From a virus (taxonomy: Duplodnaviria > Heunggongvirae > Uroviricota > Caudoviricetes): DNA of 64,000 nucleotides. Shown piece by piece: positions 19,049 to 27,951 of this stretch (positions are counted from its first letter, which is position 1; the number at the start of each line of letters is the position of its first letter). The position numbers and the translations under genes are program-made. The notes under the pieces are model-generated. The model did no database searches and was not told where the DNA came from. It saw only the letters and a program-made list of their open reading frames with translations. The DNA is taken from positions 200,697 through 264,696 of IMG/VR virus record IMGVR_UViG_3300017792_000001; one strand, 5' to 3'.

Positions 19049-19651
19049 ATGGCTAAGAAAGAAAAAGCTGCCAAAGGCGATAAGAAAGTTCGCAACACTG
19101 CGAATCGCCTGACCCGTGCCGACAAGATCGAAAAGCGCCTGCGTGGCGTCAGCGCCAAGACCTCGTTCAAATCGAAGTCTGCTCTGTTCACCTTCCGTGT
19201 TTTCCGCCTGGCCCCGGTTGCTGTTCACGGCTTCATCCTCGCCGAAAACGCCGACAGCATCCTGCTGCGTCACAAGCGCACCAACGCTTCGAAGCGCATG
19301 GTCGTGAGCCGCATCAGCCACAGCGACATCATCGAGCTTTACGGCACCGTCGGTGAAACTTCCAGCGCGCTGGTCGTGAAAGAAACCCAGATCCACGAAG
19401 TCGTCGGCAAGATCGTCGAAGACAAGGGCGGTGTTATCACCATCCAGACCGCATCCGGCGAAACTGTGAAGTTGTTCCAGAACGCACAGTCGCGCATCGA
19501 AGTCTCCGTTGAAGACGAAGGCGGCAGCGAAGAAGGCGGCGGCAAGAAGTCCAAGAAGTCGAAGGCCGACAAGCCTGAGAAGTCTGGCAAGAAAAAGAAG
19601 AAGGCCAAGCCTGCGGAAGATGATGACGAAGACGACGACCTCGACGACTGA
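19049..19651 (+). CDS. Basic protein with possible tandem Sm/SH3-like beta-barrels and K-rich/acidic tail
   Basis: Two all-beta segments (VHGFILAENADSILL.., VVGKIVEDKGGVITI..); tail KKSKK...DDLDD. Confidence 0.6.
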   Translation: MAKKEKAAKGDKKVRNTANRLTRADKIEKRLRGVSAKTSFKSKSALFTFRVFRLAPVAVHGFILAENADSILLRHKRTNASKRMVVSRISHSDIIELYGTVGETSSALVVKETQIHEVVGKIVEDKGGVITIQTASGETVKLFQNAQSRIEVSVEDEGGSEEGGGKKSKKSKADKPEKSGKKKKKAKPAEDDDEDDDLDD

Positions 19652-19669
19652 TCATCCGGCCTGGTAACT

Positions 19670-19706
19670 GTAAACTGCTAACACACAGTACACGTTAGCA
19701 GTTTAC
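19670..19706. repeat. Perfect 13-bp inverted repeat overlapping an ACTGTAAA motif
   Basis: gtaaactgctaac (19670-82) / gttagcagtttac (19694-706). Confidence 0.85.
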
Positions 19707-19766
19707 TGCGGTAAGTGTAAAATCAATTCGTATTAGTTCACAACTCAAACAAGTGGAGATTCACAC

Positions 19767-20285
19767 ATGGCTAAGGCAAAAGCAAGCGCGAAGAAGAAAG
19801 TCGGCAAGAAAGGTAGCAAGAAGGACCTGCCGAAGTTCGACCTGACCGGTATGCTCGCCGTTACCCTGCTGTCCTGGCTGCAACAGCTTCAGGAAGCGGG
19901 CGCTGAAACCATCGAAGACGCTATCGACCTGGTCGGTGAAGGCGTCCCGGACACCGACGTCGATGATGACGCGGACGAAGACGACGACGCCGATGAAGAT
20001 GACGGCGACGACGAAGATGACGAAGAAGAGGAGGACGACGAGGAAGACGACGACTCCGACGAAGATGACGACGACGAGGACGATGAGGACTCGGACGACG
20101 ACGAAGATGATGACGAAGACGACGAGGAGGAAGATGATGACTCCGAAGACGACGACGATGACGAGGACGATGAAGAGGAGGACGACGAGGAAGACGACGA
20201 CTCCGATGATGACGATGATGAAGAAGAGGAAGATGACGACGACGAGGATGATGAAGACGACGAAGACGAAGAAGACTTCGACTGA
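19767..20285 (+). CDS. Poly-Asp/Glu protein with basic N-terminus
   Basis: About 110 nearly continuous D/E residues; GGAG RBS. Confidence 0.8.
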   Translation: MAKAKASAKKKVGKKGSKKDLPKFDLTGMLAVTLLSWLQQLQEAGAETIEDAIDLVGEGVPDTDVDDDADEDDDADEDDGDDEDDEEEEDDEEDDDSDEDDDDEDDEDSDDDEDDDEDDEEEDDDSEDDDDDEDDEEEDDEEDDDSDDDDDEEEEDDDDEDDEDDEDEEDFD

Positions 20286-20483
20286 TTCCTGATCCCCGGT
20301 CGGCGCGTGGGCTAGGTTGCGACTGAGCGCCCACACTCGATTCATCATGCTGCATCCAGGAGGTGAGAGTTGAGTTTGCCTCCTGTCACAAAAGTTTGAG
20401 CATCATAATTCTTTAGCTGCTCTAAAAGTCTGGCGACACATTGAAGCTGCCGCCGCTTACCACTCAAACAGGAATACCGAACA

Positions 20484-21089
20484 ATGGCTAAGTCCGACGT
20501 TACCATCAACAAGAAATCCGAACTGGGTCGCCTGCGCAAAGAAGAACGCGCGCTGAAAGGCACCGTTGGCCAACTGGAAAAAGCGCTCAAGTCCGCGCAA
20601 GACGCGCTGAAAGGCGTTTCGACCCAGATCACCGCAGTAGACAAACTGTCCGCTGACGGCGCCCCGGCCAAGGCCGAGAAAGGCAGCAAGAAGTCCAAGA
20701 AAGCCGACAAAGCTGAAAAGCCGGCCAAGGGCGACAAGAAGTCGAAGAAAGCTGACAAGGCTGAAAAAGCCGAGAAGCCTTCCAAGAAGGACAAGAAAGC
20801 CAAGGCAGACAAAGCTGAAAAGCCTGCCAAAGAAGGCAAGAAGTCCAAGAAAGTGAAAGAAGAAAAGGCTGAAAAGCCGTCGAAGAAGGACAAGAAGGCC
20901 AAGGCTGAAAAAGCTGAAAAGCCTTCGAAAAAGGACAAGAAAGCAGCCAAGGCCGACAAAGCCGAAAAAGGCGGCAAGAAGTCCAAAGCTGAAAAGCCTG
21001 CCAAAGAAGGCAAGAAGTCCAAGAAAGAAGGCAAGAAGTCGAAAGCCAAAGACGATGACTTCGATGACTTCGACGACCTCGAAGACTGA
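20484..21089 (+). CDS. Histone-like Lys-rich repeat protein
   Basis: Coiled-coil N-terminus, repeats of KADKAEKP[AS]K..KK.KK, acidic DDFDDFDDLED tail. Confidence 0.8.
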   Translation: MAKSDVTINKKSELGRLRKEERALKGTVGQLEKALKSAQDALKGVSTQITAVDKLSADGAPAKAEKGSKKSKKADKAEKPAKGDKKSKKADKAEKAEKPSKKDKKAKADKAEKPAKEGKKSKKVKEEKAEKPSKKDKKAKAEKAEKPSKKDKKAAKADKAEKGGKKSKAEKPAKEGKKSKKEGKKSKAKDDDFDDFDDLED

Positions 21090-21143
21090 TCATTCTGCGG
21101 CATCGGCCAGGGGCTTCCCGGACTACGTCTGGGTAGCCTAAAG

Positions 21144-21191
21144 AAAGCGCGCCCAAAACTTAATTGTGAGTAGGCGCGCTTTTTCCGTTTT
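21144..21191 (+). terminator. Terminator-like hairpin
   Basis: aaagcgcgcc / ggcgcgcttt stem followed by ttccgtttt. Confidence 0.65.
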
Positions 21192-21201
21192 GGAGTCCGT
21201 C

Positions 21202-21963
21202 ATGAATTGGAAACACTCGTTCTACGAACTATACGCAATGACCTTCGGTCAGGCGTTCACCATTGACGAAGCACACCGCTTGTTGAACGAGCACCGTGAA
21301 GATCGTCTATTCTCCATTGCCTCAGCGGGCGCCGAAAGCAAACGCGCACAGGCAAAAGTCATTGATGCCAAAATGAGTATCAACGACTACAATGCAGTCC
21401 CTCCCCGAGAAACGAAGTCCAACTTCCGGCGTTCAGAGGCATTCCTTCTGGAGACCGAGGCTCGTTTCATCATTGCGCGCCCATGTCTCGAAATGGCCCG
21501 TGCAGAACTCTCCTTCCTAGAATTGTTGATCAAGTACATCGACGACAACAAGCTGCGGATCCATGCGCGTGTTGAAGTCGGCTACCAGTACGTGCAAGAA
21601 ATGGAGATTGCCTTCGACCTGCTCTGGCAGCTTTGCTACGACGGTGCTCACTCGGCGTTGATGCGCAACATCTTCGCACACCCGAAGGGTGAACAGTTGA
21701 TCGAAATCCGCAAGGAGTGGAAAGAGGCGCTGCCTACCCGTAAGGCCATCAGCGAGAGCCTTGCCAAGGTCTACAATCTGGCACCTGCGCAACTAGCCAT
21801 TACTGTAAACGTATTCGAGAAGCTACAGAGTGCGATACAGTCCAATGAGTTGAACACGTACCGCATTGCGTCTGAAAAGGCCATGATCAAACTAGAGGAG
21901 ACTGCACTTGCTCAGTCATCAAGAAGTCCTGAAACAGGCCCTGGAGTTACGAGCGTCGATTGA
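21202..21963 (+). CDS. Hypothetical protein
   Basis: GGAG RBS then ATG 21202. Confidence 0.7.
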   Translation: MNWKHSFYELYAMTFGQAFTIDEAHRLLNEHREDRLFSIASAGAESKRAQAKVIDAKMSINDYNAVPPRETKSNFRRSEAFLLETEARFIIARPCLEMARAELSFLELLIKYIDDNKLRIHARVEVGYQYVQEMEIAFDLLWQLCYDGAHSALMRNIFAHPKGEQLIEIRKEWKEALPTRKAISESLAKVYNLAPAQLAITVNVFEKLQSAIQSNELNTYRIASEKAMIKLEETALAQSSRSPETGPGVTSVD

Positions 21964-22306
21964 CGACCTTCGCTCCTCGACGTACATCGTTGTCAACTTT
22001 ACCGACGACAACCAGACGCCGTATATGTTCATTGCGTCGTTTGATATGGACGCCATGGAGTATGCGTACAACGTCACCGATGCCAACTTCATCGAAATCA
22101 AAGGCATCAGCCAGACCAGTCCAGAGACGATCGTGGCTTTCGGTGAGTTCATAAAGAACATGCGCGAATACATTGCTGGCGGGCCGCACCCGTACACCGA
22201 CAAACTCGCGGCACATCAACCGAATATCATCAACCCGATGGACGAACTGAAAAACACCCAGTTTGAATCCGACCGGGACGTTGACGATTCCGAAGCCCAG
22301 TTGTGA
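21908..22306 (+). CDS. Hypothetical protein
   Basis: GAGGAG RBS before TTG start. Confidence 0.6.
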   Translation: MLSHQEVLKQALELRASIDDLRSSTYIVVNFTDDNQTPYMFIASFDMDAMEYAYNVTDANFIEIKGISQTSPETIVAFGEFIKNMREYIAGGPHPYTDKLAAHQPNIINPMDELKNTQFESDRDVDDSEAQL

Positions 22307-22312
22307 CGTAAC

Positions 22313-23029
22313 ATGGATATCTACCCAATGCGAAATTTCTACAGCTGCGGCTGCTACGTCGCAGATGATGTGCCGGTCATCAGTCGCTGCGGGGAACACA
22401 ACGGCTTCGTGATCTGCCGAACCAACTGTCGCGTTACAAACCCACGTCAGTTGATCATTGGTAAGCGCAAGCGGTTGAAGATCATCCATCACAACCTGTA
22501 TGACGTGCTGTCGATGTTGAAGCAACCCGTGGATCTGGTGTTCGCATACCCAGAGCACGACCTGTTCATGATGCCGCACATGCTCACACCGTTCGGTTTC
22601 AGGAATAGCCGTGTCGAGGTGTTCAAACACGTTGCACGCCTGCTCAAGCCCGATGGCAAGGCAGTTTTCTTGATCGACCCAATCGACCTAGCGACTGTGT
22701 TGTACCAGGCCAAGCTGCGCAAGTTTGAAGTGCATACGCGCTTCTTTCCAGTGGTCATTCGACCTGAGCCACTTCGGTGGAGTAAGTCGCTTGAGAAACA
22801 CAAGGTCTATAAAATTGCCGTGGGGTTAAACACTGGACCCCTTCCTCAGCTCCGTCTTGACGACCTCACGCCGTTCTTTGATGCGCTGAACGTTCCAGAC
22901 GCGGGCAGGATATTGGACCTTTCCTGTATTCACATCGGTGCTGTCAAGAAGGCAAGACCGAATTCGAAAATTGTAGGGATATGCGAAGATGCAAACCGTT
23001 ACCGAAAATTCATTGAAGCCAACAGTTGA
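22313..23029 (+). CDS. Degenerate N6A/N4C DNA methyltransferase-like protein
   Basis: VDLVFAYPEH (cf. VDLIxxDPPY), RLLKPDGKAVF, GRILDLSC (cf. VLDPFxG); Cys-rich N-terminus. Confidence 0.5.
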   Translation: MDIYPMRNFYSCGCYVADDVPVISRCGEHNGFVICRTNCRVTNPRQLIIGKRKRLKIIHHNLYDVLSMLKQPVDLVFAYPEHDLFMMPHMLTPFGFRNSRVEVFKHVARLLKPDGKAVFLIDPIDLATVLYQAKLRKFEVHTRFFPVVIRPEPLRWSKSLEKHKVYKIAVGLNTGPLPQLRLDDLTPFFDALNVPDAGRILDLSCIHIGAVKKARPNSKIVGICEDANRYRKFIEANS

Positions 23030-23810
23030 ACAGACAGCCCTGTTGTGGGAATTGGTGCTACCCGATCCAGCTTTCGACGAAGCTGTAGAGCGCTGCATCG
23101 CCAAAGGCCGTGAAGACCTGGCGCTGTACGAAGGCACCAAGACCTACGCATACCAGATGACGCTGTGCGTGATCACCTCGATTTTCAACGAAGCCATCAA
23201 GCTCGTTCACTTCGACGGTGAGTTGCTGCACATCTTCATGAAGAACAAACTGCCGCCGAACCACATCATGTTGCTCAAGCGCCTGTTTGACTCCAAGATG
23301 TGGCTGCCTGACAAGGTGCTGCACGACATTCTCGGTGGCGAGCAAGCCCTGTTCTCTGTGCGCGAACAAGTAGGTGACGACGTACTCGAAACGACCTACA
23401 CAGGGCTCACGTCCTACGAAGGTCCAACCGACTACACCGAAATCAAGGATCTGCTGATCGCTGCCAACGTCCTGGACAACCACAACACGGTTGCTCTTGT
23501 GTACGAAGTCGGCGGTCTGCGTGAAACACCGTACGAAAATGCTCGGTACGACAACCTGACCTCGCGGTTCATTGGCGGTACAGAACGGTTGATCGACACC
23601 TTGATGTTTGCCCGTGAACTCCAGGGTGATCCCTTAAAGCGTAAAGCAGTTGTAGCAGAGGCTGAACGTTACTTCGCCGCGACGAAGTTTAAGGTAGTCC
23701 CAAAGCAAACTACCCAGATGAAGCTCGACGATGCGCGTAAAGAGGCGAAAGAAGCCGCGAAGCCATTCAAGACGCTCAAGAAGATGAAGAAGGCTGCCAA
23801 GGCCAAGTAG
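22989..23810 (+). CDS. Hypothetical protein
   Basis: 273 aa ORF with Lys-rich C-terminus. Confidence 0.7.
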   Translation: MQTVTENSLKPTVEQTALLWELVLPDPAFDEAVERCIAKGREDLALYEGTKTYAYQMTLCVITSIFNEAIKLVHFDGELLHIFMKNKLPPNHIMLLKRLFDSKMWLPDKVLHDILGGEQALFSVREQVGDDVLETTYTGLTSYEGPTDYTEIKDLLIAANVLDNHNTVALVYEVGGLRETPYENARYDNLTSRFIGGTERLIDTLMFARELQGDPLKRKAVVAEAERYFAATKFKVVPKQTTQMKLDDARKEAKEAAKPFKTLKKMKKAAKAK

Positions 23811-23819
23811 AGGATCCCA

Positions 23820-24476
23820 ATGGCGAAGAAGCCCTACAAAGGCATCACAAAAAGCCGCAGCAACACCAGCGGCCGTAAGTCTGCTGCAAAGCGTGAAGCT
23901 GAGAAAACGAAGGAACGCATGACGGAGCGCAAAGCCGTTCTGCATACGTCGAAGCGTAGCGGCAAGGAGCGACTCGCCAAAGGTGTTCCCTACAAACTGA
24001 AACGTCTGGAGGCAATGCCTGTACGGCAGCTTCCAGCGACAGCAGCCAATCAGAAAGGGCGCACGCTGCGTCAACTCATTCGTGGCACACCGAAGCTGTT
24101 CATCAACAACGCGGTGGACGTTGAAGCCAAGAAGATTGAGCGCAAGAAGACCAAGACCGGACGCCCCGTCATTATGGGGCAGATGGTTACTTGGGACCCG
24201 TGGCGTAAAGACCGTGTGCGCCGTGTGCATGATGCGTACATCATCGGTCTCGACGATGACCCAGACAAGCCGATCAACCGCCACCAGAAAGTCTTGGTGC
24301 AATGTTCGTGCGAGAACTTCGTCTACGTCTGGGAGTATGCGAATGCCACGGTTGGTGCGAGTCGCCTGATCTACTCGAACGGTGAGCCACCAAACTTCAC
24401 GAACCCGAAGCTCGCTGTTGGTCTATGCAAGCACTTGATCGCGCTCGCCAAGATCATCATGGAGAAAGACGTATGA
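23820..24476 (+). CDS. SWIM zinc-finger protein
   Basis: VQCSCENF...GLCKHLIAL (CxC...CxH). Confidence 0.8.
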   Translation: MAKKPYKGITKSRSNTSGRKSAAKREAEKTKERMTERKAVLHTSKRSGKERLAKGVPYKLKRLEAMPVRQLPATAANQKGRTLRQLIRGTPKLFINNAVDVEAKKIERKKTKTGRPVIMGQMVTWDPWRKDRVRRVHDAYIIGLDDDPDKPINRHQKVLVQCSCENFVYVWEYANATVGASRLIYSNGEPPNFTNPKLAVGLCKHLIALAKIIMEKDV

Positions 24477-25078
24477 GAACCAACGGTTGTTTGCAGCTGG
24501 ATGTTAGCCAGCAAAGCATCGTGTTCTTTCCGCACTACCAGATCGGCGACTACAGCGACCCTGTGATAATCAGTCATTCGCTGAGCGGCCCGAACGACAA
24601 GGTGATTCTGCTCACAAGCATGGCTCAAGCCCATGAGACATACGGACCCGGATCGTATGAGTACCCACTTGCATTCTGCCTGCGTGAGGCGTTGCGAGCT
24701 GGTGCTCCTGCAATCTGGGCTTTTTCGTCTAGCGAGCCTGACCTGTTTGACGCAATCCGAAGTCTGATCAAAGAGGGAGTCTACCCATTCGCGGCTGACC
24801 TCAAGATCATCTTCGAAGAATTGAATCTGGCTGCGATGAAGTACGTGCCCATTCCGTATGAGCCAGAACCAGAAGTCAACTACAGGTCTGTCTTCGCAAA
24901 CGCGAATGAGAGCCAGCGTCTTGACGCGCAGACAATGTTCACGGCATATCCTGACATTCATCTGCGCAACTACGGTACACCTGGACCCATCGGTCACTCC
25001 CCAGGTCCGAGCAATCCCAAACAAACCAAAGACTACCGCAATATCGGTAAGTCGTCGAACGCAAAGAAGCGGTGGTGA
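24473..25078 (+). CDS. Hypothetical protein
   Basis: ATGA overlap with previous gene; GGAG RBS. Confidence 0.6.
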   Translation: MRTNGCLQLDVSQQSIVFFPHYQIGDYSDPVIISHSLSGPNDKVILLTSMAQAHETYGPGSYEYPLAFCLREALRAGAPAIWAFSSSEPDLFDAIRSLIKEGVYPFAADLKIIFEELNLAAMKYVPIPYEPEPEVNYRSVFANANESQRLDAQTMFTAYPDIHLRNYGTPGPIGHSPGPSNPKQTKDYRNIGKSSNAKKRW

Positions 25079-25081
25079 AGT

Positions 25082-25585
25082 ATGAGCGAACACGTCCAGT
25101 TGCTTGCAAAGAACATCGAAATCGACACGCTGCAAAAGACGGTGGTCAAGCTGAGTCTCGACCTCGCCACCGTTACGCACGAACAAGGGCTGCTCAAGAA
25201 TGCCTACAACCAGCTCAATGAAAACGCCGTGCAGCAAGCGGATCAAATGAGCAAAGCCAACGTTGCTCTGGTGCTGGAGAAGAACGCGGTTGAAGAAGCC
25301 CGCGGCCGTCAGCAAGAACGCATCCAGGAAATGGAAGACGACCTCACTGGGGTGCGCCACGAGAAAGACCGGCACGAAATCATCTACACCCACATCTTCT
25401 CCGAAATCAAGAACGGCAGTTCGATCATCATGCTGCCAGGCCATAAGTCTCTCGGCAAGGTCAAGAAAACCGACCTGCGGATTGAACTGAACTCAGGGCA
25501 CACGCTCTCTGGTATCGTCACGTACATCGACAACCTGTACCAGCAGATCGACAATCCAGAACTTCGGAGATTACTGCGCGCATGA
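25082..25585 (+). CDS. Coiled-coil hypothetical protein
   Basis: Heptad-rich N-terminal half. Confidence 0.65.
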   Translation: MSEHVQLLAKNIEIDTLQKTVVKLSLDLATVTHEQGLLKNAYNQLNENAVQQADQMSKANVALVLEKNAVEEARGRQQERIQEMEDDLTGVRHEKDRHEIIYTHIFSEIKNGSSIIMLPGHKSLGKVKKTDLRIELNSGHTLSGIVTYIDNLYQQIDNPELRRLLRA

Positions 25586-26601
25586 GCATAGACAAGAACC
25601 TCACTGGAGAACAAATCCAGAAGGTCATGGATATGCTGCTGTACAAAGCGCTTGAACCTATCATGCTTCACTCGAATGTGTTTGATGCACAGGTGTCCCA
25701 CATCCTCACGACAGTAACGACAAACCGTAAGCGCAAGTTGTCCAGCGTGCCGCGGGAGTTGCTGACTGAGAACTTGGCCGCTGTGCTCGCACGCAATGAC
25801 GGTGCAACCAAGTTCAAGACGTTTCGTGAATGCCGCATTGAACGCTCCTTCATTCACTGCTTCATCAAGCGGTTTCTGGAGGTCAACCATGAATTTCTGG
25901 ACGTGTATCGTGCGTGGCTGATTGATCCGACCAGCGAGCGCAAGAACCACGTAGACAATCTGGCGTATGTCCACGGCGGGTGTCACAAGCGGGCAGATAT
26001 GTACCGCATCATGACGCACAGCGCAGACTACCTGGACAAGTTCTACGCATTCCGCGCCAGCGTACTCGACAACTACCTGCGTCATTCATCGACCCAGGCC
26101 AAGTCGCACGTCGCTGCAAACTCACACAACCAACTGAGCTTCTCCGACCTCAAGCAATCAATTTTGAAGGCTATGGTCGTCGCTCTCGATAAGTACGACA
26201 GCAGTAAGGGCGCACTCACCACGTACATCAACTGGTGGGTTCTAAATGCCCAGACGTGCAGTGCTGATCACGAATATGGTGTCGCATATACCGTACCTCA
26301 AAGCCAGCGCCGCCGGCTCGCCGAAGGCAAAAGCAATGAGGTTAATTTCAGCGTCTCGCTTGATGCGTTGAAGAAACCGGGTGATGAAGATGACCGCTCG
26401 TTGTACTCGTCCTTGTCGGACGGGCATTTCATGGATGAAGATTTCGAGCGGCTGGAAAGTCAGCAACTGGTGCAGTTGTTAGCCAAGGAAGTCGATAGAG
26501 GTGGAGTCGCCCGATTGACTCTGGACATCGGAGAATTTTTCACCAAAGAAGAACGTGAACTCATGCGCCGTCACACGCAAGAGGAAACTGTTAATAACTA
26601 A
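25582..26601 (+). CDS. Phage RNA polymerase sigma factor (sigma70 region 2-like)
   Basis: DLKQSILKAMVVALDKYDSSKGALTTYINWWV matches region 2.2-2.4 (..AVDKFD...FSTYATWWI); also VSLDA. Confidence 0.8.
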   Translation: MSIDKNLTGEQIQKVMDMLLYKALEPIMLHSNVFDAQVSHILTTVTTNRKRKLSSVPRELLTENLAAVLARNDGATKFKTFRECRIERSFIHCFIKRFLEVNHEFLDVYRAWLIDPTSERKNHVDNLAYVHGGCHKRADMYRIMTHSADYLDKFYAFRASVLDNYLRHSSTQAKSHVAANSHNQLSFSDLKQSILKAMVVALDKYDSSKGALTTYINWWVLNAQTCSADHEYGVAYTVPQSQRRRLAEGKSNEVNFSVSLDALKKPGDEDDRSLYSSLSDGHFMDEDFERLESQQLVQLLAKEVDRGGVARLTLDIGEFFTKEERELMRRHTQEETVNN

Positions 26602-26627
26602 CATATACAAACCAGGAGTCATCAAAC

Positions 26628-27902
26628 ATGAGTGGATTTGGAAACATCCAGCCACGCACAGGTAACAAGGATTCTGTTCGTCTGGAAGAAGTCATTAAGA
26701 TGCACAAATGGCCCGCCGACGAATGGAGCCAAGTGCGTTTCATGCCAGGCAAGATTCTGCCAGTTAAGCGTCACTGGATCAGCATCATCGCAGGCAAAGA
26801 CAAGAAAGAAATCACGATCCCTCGTTATTGCCTGGCGTTCGACAACAACAACGAGAACGAGCCGCGTAAAGACGCGAAGGGCAAGCCGATCAAATGCCCG
26901 TACTGCGACCTGGCTCACGGCCAAGACGCAAGCGCTCGTTACGAGTTCTTCTACCTGGCCAACGCGATCATCCGTGAAGTGCAGGAAGATATGCCTGCTC
27001 GCGCCAAGAAGATCGAGCGCACCAAGGAAGAAAAGAAGACTGGCTTCAAGGACATCAGATCGAAGTCCTGGACCCCGGTAGAAGTTTGTCGTATCACCTC
27101 GACGGTCGCGAACCGCATCAAAGAGCTGGGCGACGGCAACTTCGTCAAGAAGGGTGGCGAGAAGAAAGCCTTCGACGTTACTCACCCGAAATACGGTATC
27201 GACATCCGCGTCAAGTACAAGCCGAAAGCATCCGGCACCGAGAAGTACAGCGCTGACAAAGACGACCGCACTCCGCTGACCGACGACGAGTTGAAGTACC
27301 TGATCTGGCGCCTCGACGAAACCCTGATCGACGTGACCGGCCGCATGGAACCTGCGCAGGCTCTCGAAGACTTCAAGCGCATGGAAGTTGTCGGTGCTGA
27401 CGAAGTTGACGACGACAGCGAAGGCTACAGCCTGGGCGACGACGACGGCAAGAAGAAAAAGAAGAAGGGCGACAAGAAGAAAAAGTCGGCCGCCTTCGAT
27501 GATGACGATGACGATGACGAGCCTAAGAAAGGCAAGAAATCATCCAAGTCCTCGAAGTCTTCCAAGAAGTCGAAAGAAGATGATGCTCCGAAGAAAAAGA
27601 AAAAGGCCAAGCCTGCTTTCTCTGACGACGATGATGACGACGATGACGAGCCGAAGAAAAGCAAGAAATCTTCCGGCGACAAGAAGTCCAAGTCGAAAGA
27701 CAAGGTGAAGTCGAAGAAATCTTCTTCTGACGACGCACCGAAGAAGAAAAAGAAGGCCAAGAAAGAGGAAGACGAGCCGAAGAAGAAAAAGAAATCTTCT
27801 GACAGCAAGAAGTCCTCGAAGTCTTCCAAGGACAAGAAGGCCGACAAGCCAAGCTCCAAGAAAGGCAAGAAGAAATCTGCCTGGGACGATGACGACGAAT
27901 AA
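26628..27902 (+). CDS. Single-stranded DNA-binding protein (T4 gp32-like) with a very long K/D block tail
   Basis: VRFMP, HW, CPYC, YLANAII, GIDIRVKY core; directly upstream of recA. Confidence 0.7.
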   Translation: MSGFGNIQPRTGNKDSVRLEEVIKMHKWPADEWSQVRFMPGKILPVKRHWISIIAGKDKKEITIPRYCLAFDNNNENEPRKDAKGKPIKCPYCDLAHGQDASARYEFFYLANAIIREVQEDMPARAKKIERTKEEKKTGFKDIRSKSWTPVEVCRITSTVANRIKELGDGNFVKKGGEKKAFDVTHPKYGIDIRVKYKPKASGTEKYSADKDDRTPLTDDELKYLIWRLDETLIDVTGRMEPAQALEDFKRMEVVGADEVDDDSEGYSLGDDDGKKKKKKGDKKKKSAAFDDDDDDDEPKKGKKSSKSSKSSKKSKEDDAPKKKKKAKPAFSDDDDDDDDEPKKSKKSSGDKKSKSKDKVKSKKSSSDDAPKKKKKAKKEEDEPKKKKKSSDSKKSSKSSKDKKADKPSSKKGKKKSAWDDDDE

Positions 27903-27909
27903 GTAGGGA

Positions 27910-27939
27910 GGGTGGGCTTCGGCTCACCCATTCTCGTTT
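27910..27939 (+). terminator. Terminator-like hairpin with UUCG loop
   Basis: gggtgggc-ttcg-gctcaccc followed by attctcgttt; identical hairpin at 49997. Confidence 0.7.
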
Positions 27940-27951
27940 CTGGAGATACGC

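Noticed and set aside
19940-21089. Highly repetitive GAC/GAA/AAG tracts as a possible CRISPR or satellite array
   Set aside because: In-frame codon repeats of D/E- and K-rich proteins; no constant repeat with unique spacers
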